Assembly: GCF_009914755.1 (NCBI RefSeq)
Contig: NC_060934.1
From: the human T2T-CHM13v2.0 reference genome, Homo sapiens
DNA: 64,000 nucleotides
Reading direction: 5' to 3' (one strand)
This document shows, piece by piece, positions 29,062-43,825 of the stretch (position 1 is the first letter of the stretch; every line of letters starts with the position of its first letter). A model generated the notes under the pieces. It had not been told where the DNA came from and made no database searches. It worked only from the letters and a program-made list of their open reading frames with translations. The translations under genes were made by a program, and so were the position numbers.

Positions 29062-29541
29062 CCTAATTTCCTTCTTTTGTCTTTGCATTGAACAGTACAT
29101 ACAGAATAATACCAATTAACAAAAGTATACATTTTTGTCTTGTTCTTAACTTTAGTGGGAATGCCCTCAAATACCATGATGTTGCCTCTGGTGCTTTGTT
29201 GGATTTCTTTTACGAAGTTAAGAAAGTAATTTGCATTTTTATATTTTTGAGTGTTATTATAAATAATTGTTATTACATTTTATCAATGTATTTCCAGTGT
29301 ATAGGAAGATGGTCATACAATTTTCCCTTTATAACTCTTAATATGATAAAATATATGTTTTCTACTACTGAAGCATCCATGAATTATTGGATTAAATTTC
29401 CTTGGTTCATGCATTGTTTTGACTATGTTAGTCTATTTTGGCGGAGGAATTTTTTACTTCATAGGCAAAATTTGTCTATTTTTGTTTTTGATTTCTACTA
29501 GTGTTGGTAACCAAATGGTGTTTACTTTATTTAAAGCTTTG

Positions 29542-29860
29542 GGCTGGGCACAGTGGCTCATGCCTGTAATGCCAGAACTTCAGGAGGCCAAGGAATGGCT
29601 TGAGCCCAGGAGTTCGAGGCCAGCCTGGGCAACATAGTGAAACTCTATCTCTACAAAAAAATACAAAAATTAGACTGGTGTGGTGGTGCAGCTGTAGTCT
29701 CAGCTGCTCAAAAGGCTGAGGTGGGAGGATGGCTTGAGTCCAGGAGTTTGAGGTTATAGTGAGCAGTAATTGCACCACTGCACTCCAGTGTGGGTGACAC
29801 AGTGAGACCCTGTCTCAACAACAACAAAAAAAAAAAAAAAAGGAAAGAAAAGAAAAGAAA
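29542..29860 (+). mobile_element. AluJ element
   Basis: Diverged dimeric Alu with gagcccaggagttcgaggcc and an A-rich tail. Confidence 0.9.
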
Positions 29861-29935
29861 AATTTTCCTTCTTTTCCTAAACAGCTTACATGGCAATGGA
29901 TTTGGAGATCCAAGGCTTAACCTTCAGGTCCCCAG

Positions 29936-30230
29936 CAGGGCCTCCCACTTAACCTGTACCTTCCATGTCTCTTCACTATGCCAGGTTTACTGTCAGGTGC
30001 AACAGAGTCTTTGCCCACGGATTCTGCCAAACCATGCACTTGGCTGTGGTTTCAACAGATAATCTCTGAAGACAGTAGGAATATCAATTATCCATTCACA
30101 CACAGCCTAATTAGATGACAAGGCATTTGGCTACCTTCAGAGAGTCATAGCTACACCCATCATTTGCCTGGGCTTCCATGGATTTATTTCTTCACTTTGA
30201 TTTCAGAGCACTGGGCAGAACTCATGTCAC
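29936..30230 (-). pseudogene. Decayed 28S (LSU) rRNA fragment, domain IV region (helix 69 vicinity)
   Basis: Minus strand matches 28S tttctgcccagtgctctgaa...aaagtgaagaaa...ctatgactctct(t)aaggtagccaaatgcc...tcatctaattag...gaaaccacagccaag...gtgaagagacatg...aagtgggaggccc with many substitutions. Confidence 0.88.
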
Positions 30231-31892
30231 CACGTGCATAAGTCTTTACACAAATTAACTTTCAACATTTAATAATCAAAAACAGAGAGATGTTACAATT
30301 AGTGAACAAAACTGTAGGTATAAAATCTAGACACTCAAACCATATGATTGTGTTAACAGAATTATCCAAACTTCCAAATCAGAAACTTTTGTAGTAATCA
30401 AATATGTCCCTCCATTGGAAATTTGCTCTCTCTGGTACCTACTCTATTGTAAAAGTAAACAATGCAATTCTGATCTTTCTAATGACAATTTAGTACTTTA
30501 CAATTTCTGTCCAGAATCCTCTTTAAAGAAAATATTGTCTGAACTCCTCAAACTAGATAGGATATGATAGAAATAGCCAAACATCTAAAGAGACTAAGAG
30601 GTTGTGTGAAGACAAATGCATACGAGATTGTCCTTCATTCAAATGCTCCAATCACAGCACTTCAGGAAAAGTACACATTTATAGAGACAAAGCACCAGAA
30701 TCATGAATAAAGCCAGTATTCCTGGGAGGTTGCGGGCAATGGGGGAGGATGAAGAGAATTATCTCCCTTACCAGTTTTCAAACCTAAGTAGACAAAAATG
30801 CCTTTCTACACCACACACCTCCGCCCTCCCTTGCATTGCCATGCCCTGCCTTCGGTGACATTTCAGGATGTAGGACAAGAGCCAAAGAAATTCTCACAGT
30901 AAATATTTAAGAGAGCAAACCTTGGAAATACAAAGTTCCCATGCACATCAACTCTGACTAGAAAGGCAAGTTTTTATAGCGATGACTAACAGCTTCTGAT
31001 CTGTCATCATCTCAGAGTTTAAGATACATGTAGTGTCAATAGAACACAGTTAAAACTACCATTGAGTGATTTCCTGTATTCTGTCACTCTAGTACCCTCC
31101 TCCCGTGGCTTCCTCTATTCCCTAGGTGCCTCTCACCAGCTGTTTTTCTGATATTCTGTACTGCGTAAGGTGATTTTATGAATAGGCTAGCCTTCATTTC
31201 TCCTTTTTTGTAATGGTGCTCAACTTCCTTTTTGAGGATGTAGATCAGTCCTATGGCTAGAGGGCTTGTGGGACTGTTAATTAAGTTTCCTTGACCTTGA
31301 GCAATAAAGGGCATCTAACCCAAGAGAAGCCAGTAGGCTTTCAGGACTCTGAATCTTGATTGAAATGCCTGAATCTTGAGTGAAATGCTATATAAGGAAA
31401 GGAAAATCTGCGGAGTTTATGGATCCCCATGAAAGTGCACTGAAGAGACCTCTGTCAGTCCTACTACGTTGACCTCCTAGAGATACCGAAGCCTGGTTTC
31501 TCCAACCTTCCACGTTTGTGAGCTAACCCAGTAAATTATTTTGTTAAGTTATCGGTACTCATTTCTTTACCTGCAGCTGAATAAATATATTGTGAGTATG
31601 CAGTAATTTCAAGTTGATTATTTTAACCATCCATACCCCACTTGGTTCCATTTGGGACAAAGGTAGAGCTGAGGAATATTGTTGATGACCATAGAATATA
31701 AGAAATATAGATGTGCCATATCTATTTTTATGAAAATTTCTTATTATCCTCCCTTCTTCATATCTTATGATCTAATATGATACATTCCCTTATTTGGCAC
31801 TCTTTTTCATAAAAATTCCAAATTAACTAAAACTTCCACTAAGCCCATTTATCCTAATGTTTATAGAAATGCAGCAAGATAAAAGTGGTCTT

Positions 31893-32065
31893 AAAAATTA
31901 GCTGGGTGTGGTGGCATGCACCTGTGGTCCCAGCTACTTGGGAGGCTGAGGCAGGAAGATAGCTTGAGCTGAGGAGGTGAGCCATAACAGTGAGCCATGA
32001 TTATGCCACTGTTCTCCACCCTGGGCAACAGATCAAGATGCTGTCTCAAAAAGAAAAAAAAGAAG
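31893..32065 (+). mobile_element. 5'-truncated Alu (right monomer)
   Basis: Starts at the central A-linker; TSD AAAGTGGTCTT. Confidence 0.88.
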
Positions 32066-32627
32066 AAAGTGGTCTTTATTCAAAATGTTCTTGATCACTT
32101 ACATTTAAGTTATATTGCACTAGCTACTAAGGGAGACCAGAAGGCATATAAGGTATGGTCCCTGACCTCAGGAACTCTTTTAACTCACTTAGGAAGGTAA
32201 GATATGTGTACATGGGAAGGTGCGTCCACGTGGAAAGGTATGTGCAAAAGAGTACGTACACGATTGGGTGCCATACAAGTGGATGGATATTAAATGTTTA
32301 GGAGTCGAAGGAAATGAAAGCACTCAAGATGGGAGCAGGAGTGGAAGGGCCTCATAAAGTAGGTTAGTTGTGAAGAACAATGAAGGGATTCATAGAAGGG
32401 CGGCCAAGGCAAGAGGAATAACATGAACATACATGTGTAATCAGGATAGGCCCGATAGGTTTGGTGGAGTTGGAGAGGGCAGTTCTTACAGGGCTCACAG
32501 AGCAAAACAAGATTAGAAAAATGGTACTCTCCATGTAAATTCAAGAAAAATGTGTTTCAAGAAGTCTGTGTTTATAACCACAAGAAATAATTGTTTCTAC
32601 ATATTGTAGAATTAATCATTTATATTA

Positions 32628-32975
<348 letters not shown>

Positions 32976-34189
32976 AACAAGATCTGTAAGTATCAGAAGG
33001 CACTATGTTATTTAGATTTATGATCCATGCATACATTCAACGTTTTGGAGTCTTATTCAAATGTATGAAAATGTGTTTCTAAGAAATAGATATTGTACTA
33101 CATTCTAGTAAACTATTTGAGAATTTGGAATCTCCTTCAACCAGAGTGTTAACAAACCAGGACTCTGAGTGACCAGACACCTTATAAAACTCAAAATTAG
33201 AAACCATTTTGAGAGATCATTTGAAGAACACTAATTTAGGGGCAGTTTTTTTATACTACAGGGTTTAAAGAAGTTTCACAGAATTAATTTGAATTTGAAC
33301 TTGAACTTGTAAGCATCTTTCTTAACTTTAACTTAAAAAAATTAAATACAGTACATGTATTATGAGCCTCCCTTGGAGGAGAGAGAAGAGCATGAAATAA
33401 TATTAACCATAAGAAGATATCACTATTCAACAAAATTAGATTATCATTAGTAGAAAGGATAGTATATCTCCTAAAGCCAGAACCTGTTTTGTTTAAGGGG
33501 AAAGGAGAGTTGGCAAGTTCTAATCCCTTCCTTCGGGAAACGAAAAAGACTATTGATGAAAGACTACATTTCATTCACAATAAAGCTTTAAGTTCCAGCA
33601 CCTTCGATTATGTTTAGTTCTGCTCAAATAATGCCAATCCTTTGTTTCTTCAACTCTTTACATTGGCTGAAAATTTCTGCTCTGGATATAGGCTGTCAGA
33701 ACTGCAGGTGTGACATTTAAGAACACTGAGTATTTCTATCCCTGAAATGTATACATATGCACTATACTAATTTTTGCCAAATACAAAGTGATTTACAAGT
33801 ATTTAATCTTATTTTCAGCTGACAGTTTCCTGTTGCCTTTGCTCCCTTCCCCAAAATTATCTTTCCCTAATAACCCCCATTTGAGCATTGTCTATAAACA
33901 TCTCCTTAAAGATTCATAGATAGACTTTTCACTTGAAATATAAAAGGAGGTCAACAGTAGCACATTTTTATTTGAATCTCAATCACTACCGGATTGTCTG
34001 GTGCTGAAGCACTTTAAGAGCCTAGAATCCTGTGACTTTATCTTGGGAAAAAAATGGTTGATTCCAGGTTGATTTTGCCCTGATCTAGTTATCTGTGAGG
34101 TGAATCAAAAATCTAAATCATGCTGGGTTCCATGACCTTCCTACAGTTACATTTATGACACTTTAAGGCTATAAACCATGGGCGAGGAG

Positions 34190-34450
34190 GTGGACTGAAA
34201 CCCTCACATGCTGCTGTTGCAGATGAAAAGGCTGAAGCCACTTTGGAAAAAAGTTTGAGGGGTGGAAATGGGGAATGACTGTTAAAGGGTGCAGGGCTTC
34301 TTTGTGGGATGATGAAAACATTTTAAAATTAGATTGTGGTGCAGGTAGCACAACTCTATGAACATGCTAAAAATCACTGAGCTGCACATATTAAATGGAT
34401 CAGTTTTATCATGTATGAGTTATATACCTCAATAAAGCTGTTAAAATAAA
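34190..34450 (+). mobile_element. L1M 3'-end fragment
   Basis: ggaaatggggaatgactgttaaagggtgcagggcttcttt...gatgaaaacattttaaaattagattgtggt...ctcaataaagctgtt. Confidence 0.7.
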
Positions 34451-35447
34451 ACACTTCAAAAGCTACTGAAAATTATGTTTTAGCTCTGACTCCAATGTAG
34501 GTAACAAGTTTTATAAACTAAAAAGCAAACCTGTTCAGCCAGAAGCAGTTGTAATACTGATATCACTCTTTCCCTCAAACAATGACTTTTGTCCCTCCAA
34601 ACATGTATCATTTATTCTATACCACCTCAGTTTGGGTGAAGGAATCCTGGGAATTGAGAAATAATTAACCAATACCTAAAAACAAACAAAAAAATGTAGG
34701 TAAACAAGTCATTCTTTGGGTGTTTTCATGAAATGTAAGCAAAAATGTAGATAACTTTTTGGGAATTCTAAAACAATAGGTAAACAAATATATTTAAAAC
34801 AAACTGAAGCTCCCAATTCAAATACAAATTAATTACATTTCATTTCATGAGACACATAACACAAGTGATCTTATCTCTAGTTCTTGAGTCCGCCTTCTCC
34901 ATACCACATGTAATATTCTACTTCTACTTTTGCCTTCCCATTTCTTAAGCAATTTCATTTTATACTGTTCAAGGGGTAAAAAGTGCATCTGCGGTCATCA
35001 GCTGCAACAGTGTCAACACACTTATAACTGATTTTTATAACAATTTTTAAGTAGGACAGAACTTTAAAGTAAGTCTCCTCTGGGTCAAAGACCTAAACTG
35101 TCAAGTAAATCTACTCTCTTTGTTGATTGATATATTAGCAAATGTCATCATGTTAACACTAACGTAAGTCCTTTAAAAGTTATAGTCACTGGATCAATTT
35201 TGTCACTTTCCAATGACGTTTCAAGATGTCAGTGTATCATTTCTCTTCTAAAGTCAAAAAAATATACTTATATATCAACATCAGTTTTTAAGGAAAAGAA
35301 AAAGAATCCACCCTGTTGTGCTTCTAAAGTATTAAAACTCTTTGTAAAATCATATTGAGTCATCTTCATTCTGTATGTCTATATATACACACACACACAA
35401 TTCTATAAGAATTTTCTACGGTTTGAAATAGCTATTCAAGGGGGTGA

Positions 35448-36098
<651 letters not shown>

Positions 36099-36379
36099 TC
36101 CAAATAATAATTTTCGTACAACTGTAAATCCAGTTGTGGTGGCCTTGATCAGATTGTCTCAGAAATCAAGATGGGATTAAGCTACTTTCATGTTTCTGAC
36201 TACTAGCATACTAAATATTGAAAGTAAGAAAAGAAAAAAGAGGATATGAAAATCAAGGTTTCGATTAAATATCTACATCTTAAAAATGAATGCTATTAGC
36301 CAGTGATTAATATATATAGAAAATAGTCTATATATTAAGATAGACTATAGATAGAATACATTAAGTATACTAAATATTC

Positions 36380-36658
36380 AGCCAGGTGCAGTGGCTCATG
36401 CCTGTATTCCAGCACTTTGGGAGGCCAAGGTGGGTGGATCACTTGAGGCCAGGAGTTTAAGACCAGCCTGGCCAACATAGTGAAACCCCATCTCTACTAA
36501 AAATACAAAAATTAGCCAGCTGTGATGGTGGGTGCCTGTAATCCCAGCTACTTGGGGGCTGAGACAGGAGAATCGCTTAAACCCAGGAGGTGGAGGTTGC
36601 AGTGACCTGAGATCGTGCTACTGCGCTCCAACCTGGGTAACAGAGCGAGACTCCATCT

Positions 36659-36706
<48 letters not shown>

Positions 36707-36716
36707 TATATATATA
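36380..36716 (+). mobile_element. AluS with tail converted to (TA)n(CA)n microsatellite
   Basis: Dimeric Alu; partial TSD actaaatatt. Confidence 0.92.
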
Positions 36717-36774
36717 CACTAAATATTTTTATATATTATATGTGATAAAAACTGATAAACATATATAGATAATG

Positions 36775-37220
36775 GATCCAAATGCCCATCAACTGATGAA
36801 TGGATAAAGTATGATATATATCTACACAATGGACTATTATTCAGCAATAAAAAGGGATGGAATGCTTATACATGCAACAACATGTATAACCTTAAAAACC
36901 TTAAGCTAAGTGAGAAAATGTAATTGAAAGAGACCACACATTGTATGATTCCACTTATGTGAAATGTCCAGAACAGGCACATCTGTAGAAACAGAAAGTA
37001 GATTAGTGGCTGCCTAGGGCTGGGAGGTTTTGGGGTAGGGAGAAATGGGGAGTGACTGCTAATGCATATGAGGTTTCTTCGGGGGTGATGAAAATGCTCT
37101 AAAATTGATGGTAGTGATGGTTGTACTACTCTGAATATACTAAAGCCATCAAGGAATTATACACTTTAAATAAGTGAATTATATGTAATTTATAATTTAA
37201 TAAATCTGTTACCAAAAAAA
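36775..37220 (+). mobile_element. L1MB/ME 3'-end fragment
   Basis: ccaaatgcccatcaactgatgaatggataaa...gaaacagaaagtagattagtggctgcctaggg...taataaatctgtt. Confidence 0.8.
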
Positions 37221-37904
37221 TTAATGTAAACCCTATGTGAATTTGTCAAAACTCATCATACTGTATGCTTATAATTGTTGAATTTTACTGGATGTAGGTT
37301 ATAACACAACAAATTTACTTTTTAAAAGATGTATGCTATAAACACACAGTTACAATGACCAAATATATGGCCTGACTTAGAAAATTAACAGCAGCTGCAT
37401 GAGACTTTTCATAAATACGAGCCCCCCCACCTCGTCAATGGCCCTCCTTGCCACCCACATCCACTCTCCCCACCTATACCTACACCCAAATTTCTAACCT
37501 AGTAACAGGTTTGTATGAGGAAAATACAATCAGGAAATTATGTATTGCTTATTTCATTGGTTATTATGGCTCCTCAAACAAAGGAGCAACAGAGCAAAGC
37601 TTCTCCTCAGGTGCAGGAATGCCTAAATAGCCTGAAAGAGGAATCTGAACAATGAGAAAAAAACATAAATTCAGGGTTTCCGAGGTCAACATCAGTGTCC
37701 TTGGGCTGCTTTAGGTACATATGGAGGAAGGAGATAACAGAAAACTATTTTAAGCAAGTTAACAATTTTTTCAATTACTTCCTAGCTTTCCTTTATTCTT
37801 TATTCTTAATTTTACCATGAAGATGGGGTAGACAGGAAGAAGGCACATTTCTCTAGCATCTGGTTCCAGAACGATAGGAACTGAGTAATGTTAAGATCAG
37901 AGGC

Positions 37905-39537
37905 GGTGTGACCCTGTCTCTACAAAAGATTTTTAAAGCCCTCTCCCCTCTCCCCTCTCCCCTCTCCCTCTCCGTCTCCCCACGGTCTCCCTCTCCCTCT
38001 CTTGCCACGGTCTCCCTCTGATGCCCAGCCGAAGCTGGACTGTGCTGCTGCCATCTTGGCTCACTGCAACCTCCCTGCCTGATTCTCCTGCCTCAGCCTG
38101 CCGAGTGCCTGCGATTGTAGGCGCGGGCCCCCACGCCTGACTGGTTTTCGTATTTTTTTGGTGGAGAGGGGGTTTCGCTGTGTTGGCTGGGCTGGTTTCC
38201 AGCTCCTAACCGCGAGTGATCCGCCAGCCTCGGCCTCCCGAGTTGCCGGGATGGCAGACGGAGTTGCGTTCACTCAGTGCTCAATGGTGCCCAGGCTGGA
38301 GTGCAGTGGCGTGATCTCTGCTCGCTACAACCTCCACCTCCCAGCTGCCTGCCTTGGCCCCCCAAAGTGCCGAGATTGCAGCCTCTGCCCGGCCGCCACC
38401 CCGTCTAGGAAGTGAGGAGCGTCTCTGCCTGGCCGCCCATCGTCTGGGATGTGAGGAGCCTCTCTGCCTGGCTGCCCAGTCTGGAAAGTGAGGAGCGTCT
38501 CTGCCCGGCCGCCATCCCATCTAGGAAGTGAGGAGCGTCTCTGCCCGGCCGCCCATCATCTGAGATGTGGGGAGCACCTCTGCCCTGCCGCCCCGTCTGG
38601 GATGTGAGGAGTGTCTCTGCCCGGCCGCCCCGTCTGAGAAGTGAGGAGACCCTCTGCCTGGCAACCGCCCCGTCTGAGAAGTGAGAAGCCCCTCCGCCCG
38701 GCAGCCACACCGTCTGAGAAGCGAGGAGCCCCTCCGCCCAGCAGCCACCCCGTCTGGGAAGTGAGGAGCGTCTCCGCCCGACAGCCACCCCGTCCGGGAG
38801 GGAGGTGGGGGTCAGCCCCCCGCCCGGCCAGCCGCCCCGTCCAGAAGGGAGGTGGGGGGGTCAGCCCCCCGCCCGGCCAGCCGCCCCGTCCGGGAGGTGA
38901 GGGGCGCCTCTGCCCGGCCGCCCCTACTGGGAAGTGAGGAGCCCCTCTGCCCGGCCACCACCCCGTCTGGGAGGTGTACTCAACAGCTCATTGAGAACAG
39001 GCCATGATGACAATGGCGGTTTTGTGGAATAGAAAGGGGGGAAAGGTGGGGAAAAGATTGAGAAATCGGATGGCTGCCGTGTCTGTGTAGAAAGAGGTAG
39101 ACATGGGAGACTTTTCATTTTGTTCTGTACTAAGAAAAATTCTTCTGCCTTGGGATCCTGTTGATCTGTGACCTTACCCCCAACCCTGTGCTCTCTGAAA
39201 CATGTGCTGTGTCTACTCAGGGTTGAATGGATTAAGGGTGGTGCAAGATGTGCTTTGTTAAACAGATGCTTGAAGGCAGCATGCTCGTTAAGAGTCATCG
39301 CCACTCCCTAATCTCAAGTACCCAGGGACACAAACACTGCGGAAGGCCGCAGGGTCCTCTGCCTAGGAAAACCAGAGACCTTTGTTCACTTGTTTATCTG
39401 CTGACCTTCCCTCCACTATTGTCCTGTGACCCTGCCAAATCCCCCTCTGCGATAAACACCCAAGAATGATCAATAAAAAAAATAAAATAAAAAATAAATA
39501 AATAAATAAATAATTAAAAAAATAAAAAAATAAAAAA
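37905..39537 (+). mobile_element. SVA retrotransposon (SVA_D-like), full structure, with 34-nt 5' extra sequence
   Basis: (CCCTCT)n head from 37939, antisense Alu-like region, GC-rich VNTR (~38380-38970), SINE-R (~38980-39470), AATAAA and poly-A; TSD AAGATCAGAGGC at 37893 and 39538. Confidence 0.97.
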
Positions 39538-40055
39538 AAGATCAGAGGCTTCTTAAATCAAGTTTGTATCTAAGTTCTGGTCCAGTCTGTGCTACTTAGC
39601 ATGGGATTTTAAGCCAATTGTTTGTTGGCTTTGAGCCTCAGTTTTCTCATTTGTAAAATAGGATAAGAGTGGGTTGCAAATTCAAAGCTCACTGCTGGGC
39701 ACACAGTAAAAAAAAAAAACAAAAAACAAAACAAAACAAAAAACCCTCAATAAATGTTAGCTATTACTTTCACAACCTTAGGGTTTTTTTCTGGTATTGA
39801 AGAATCTGGAACTTAAGGGATTTCTGGTAATTTCATAGCCATTGTCTAAGGAGTAGTTACTGGTTACCCCAGAATTCTAGAACAACAACTGGTTACTGGA
39901 TTATTTAGAAATCTAGGGCTTTGGAAACTTTTAAATCTTTAGTTATTTCTTAATACTTAGAACACTTAAACAAAACTTTACAAAACAAAAGAGCAGAATA
40001 ATTAGATCCTTTCAGGAGAATATGACTTTTTTTTCCTAAGCACACTGGACCATAG

Positions 40056-40928
<873 letters not shown>

Positions 40929-41199
40929 TGAATGATGATAATTATAAGGCTGTCAGGATAATGACTGTCACCTATTAATTTGCTCAAATTAACCAAACAA
41001 CCTCTCAGTGTGGGAAAGGTAGCAGGAGAGAGGCTGTGATCATTTGGTAAAGGTATTATGTAGTTCAAAAGAATGGCAGGTTGAATTTCCACTTCTCTGT
41101 GTTTTCAATAACTACAGTCTCATACGAGTACACACACAGATACTATCTGTGAGTACATGAGAACGTCTATTCTAGAAAATTTCGCATAAGGAATAAGCA

Positions 41200-41425
41200 C
41201 ACTGGCTGGTGTCTTGGATAACCCGAGTGTACATCGCAGCTCTGGTACCAGCCAAGAGTGTGACCTTCAGCAAGTTACTTAAATAGCTCTCTGCCTCTTT
41301 TTCTTCATCTGAAAAGTGAGGGGAATGACAGTATTTACCTCATCAGATTGTGGTAATAATTATATGAGTTAATTTCTGTAAAGCACTTAGCCCAGTGCCT
41401 GGCACATAGTAATCTCAATATGAAG
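41200..41425 (+). mobile_element. MIR SINE
   Basis: gtgtgaccttcagcaagttacttaa...tcatctgaaaagtgaggg...aaagcacttagcccagtgcctggcacatagtaa. Confidence 0.8.
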
Positions 41426-41637
41426 TATCACTCTTTTTTTTTTAAATCCCTTTAGACATAACTGGTAGTCAGAAAAAGTTATTTTATCCTCATATAGCTC
41501 CCCCAAAATCTTTAAGGTACTTTCCCTATAAAGACCTCTGGCCAGAACATCCTCGACTCTCCTCCTTCCCTGCCATAATAGGACATCTTCTGTTAGATAC
41601 TTGGTTCTAGGTTTTCATTATTTCAGATTCAACTGCA

Positions 41638-41643
<6 letters not shown>

Positions 41644-41679
<36 letters not shown>

Positions 41680-41682
41680 ACA
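41644..41682. repeat. (CA)n microsatellite
   Basis: Direct reading. Confidence 0.95.
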
Positions 41683-42419
41683 TTAGTACCACATCTCTCC
41701 CCCCACCCAAAAATAATAACAGGATATGGTAATGGCATTTTTCAACATCTCTTAGAATAATTTCCTGATGGAAAGAAAAGTCAGCAAATAAGAAGAAAGT
41801 CTCAGTGAGGAAAGACCAGAATGACAATCATAGGCTGCTCTTAGATCATTGAAAAGCCCCCAGGTTAGTGACAGCCAAAAAAAGACAAAATCAAGAAGCA
41901 CTGAAGTCCAAACAAGGTTTGCTTTTGTTTCCTTTCTTTCCTTCTTTCCTTTTCTCCTCAAATCAGGAAACCACATAGCTGGCTACCACCCCCTTTCCAG
42001 ATGTTGCAGTACAGTTATTAGGGTACCTGTTGGTAGAATGAAAGCTGACAAATGCTGACTTTGTCTCATAAGCACTGCACAGTCAAGTTCATCTTTGCAT
42101 TCTTCATACCCCAGTTTGCTGCGGTTTCCCCAGTTCAGAGACCCCTTCCTTATCCCAAAGACTCCTAGGATCTCCCTTTCAAAACCAGTTTGCAAAAAAA
42201 GGTGGTAATTCAATGTGCATCAAAAAGCAAATGAAGAACTCCATTTTAAGTTTGTATTTCACATGAGCATGTTTCTAGTAACCATCCAAGCATATGCTAA
42301 AACCTACAGGGGATTTCAAGCCTGGCCATGAAGCACAGGCACGGAGCTTCGCATAAAGTAACTATTTAGTAAGTGTTCAATCTTGTTACTGTAGTTGCAT
42401 CTTTCAAAGGTTTTCTTAG

Positions 42420-43825
42420 AAAAGCATGAAAGGGTACTCTCCCTACCTCTGCTTCCTCACCTTCTCATCATTCCTCTACTCAGTGATTTCTGGCTTCTGA
42501 TGCACCTAGACAATAAAAAGTGTTTCACTATGGCATTCCCTGCATCCTCACAGTTTGTCAGCACAGCCTCCTCATTCTTGACACTGTTTACGTCTCTGTT
42601 TTTATGAACCACTGCCCCCTTGGCTTTCGTGAGCCCACTGCAAGACTCTCCCAGGCTCTCTCTAACGCCACCAAGTGATCACAGATACTCAAGCAAGAAG
42701 TCTGAAGTCTCCATCCCCAGCTCTGACCTCTCTTCAGAACTCCAGATCCACATTTCTAACGAATTTTTCACCATTTTCCATGTCAAGATCTCAACTGGAT
42801 GTGCCCAGGCCCCTCAAACTCAATTCTTAATTTCTCCTCCTGAATTTTACCTGGAAAACTGTCATGACCGTACTTCCATTTGCCCAAGCACAAAGCCTCC
42901 ACTTCATTGCATTCCAGCTCTTCCTTGAATCCCAGCTACCCGTCTCCAGCATCCCAGGGTCCCCCAAAGAGTTCTGCAATCAGACTCTTCCTCTCCATCT
43001 TTTCTGCGAATGCCTGGACCATCACAACTGCCTACAGGTGGATCCCTCAGCTTACACTGTCTCCCTGCTGCAGGGCATCTGCCGAGCTGCTCCCAGATCC
43101 ATCTTCCTAAACCGTGGCTCTCTGGTCATCTCAATTCTGCTTCCAATTTTTCAGATCCTTCCATGGTTCCTCATTACCCACAGTTTACCCATTAGCAGAG
43201 CACAAGGTTTTATTTCATTAATTACAAAAGGACACTAAGATATCAATGACAATCATTCTTTCCCTCATGAAGCTTACAGTTGTCCATCACTAAAACTATA
43301 ATGTTATTCAAAAATTATAAACAAAAATGAAAGCATTGGTTTTATAAAACCATGTTGTGTTCATATGACATCAGATATCCAGATCTTTAAATAACTAGCC
43401 AGTTACCTGATTCTTTCTTCTAAAAGTCTGTAATGCTAGGATGTCCAACAAATCTGTGCCCCCCAACCCACAGCTCACGACTCAGCATTTTAGCTATGCT
43501 CCCTCCCTCGTCCAAGCTTTGACTCTTCAGTTCCTGTTAGTAGCTGGAGGCAGCTGGAATGCCTTTCTCCAATTCTACTCTTCCTTCAAGACTGAGCCCA
43601 AACTGTTTCTCTCATCTTGATGCCATCTGTGAAACTCTACATCAGTCATTCCTCCTCCAAGGTCTCACACCGATTTAAGCATCTCTGCCATAATATTTAT
43701 TACAATAGATTGTTATTTGTTAAGGGACTAGCCCACAAGTCTATCACATATGCCTAGCACTAAGAATTATGATTGGCACATAGGGAAAGCTCAACAAATC
43801 TGTATGGAATGAATGAATGAATGCA
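42420..43825 (+). mobile_element. LINE-2 relic fragments
   Basis: ccccagctctgacctctcttcagaactccagatccacatttctaac; pyrimidine-rich body; 3' tail gcacatagggaaagctcaacaaat...(tgaa)n. Confidence 0.6.

Larger units (their letters stand above)
26915..29520 (-). mobile_element. Fragmented ancient L1M (MD/ME-type) relic hosting younger insertions
   Basis: Antisense L1 motifs: gaggaattgctgagtcaaaagg, ttctgttccattggtctgtctatt, gtatgttaattttacatcc; ORF 28372..28560 has CKINIQTSIAF (L1 GYKINIQKSIAF-like). Confidence 0.7.

Noticed and set aside
38061-39469. Cluster of ORFs with repeated LLTSQT motifs
   Set aside because: Translations of the SVA VNTR and SINE-R.
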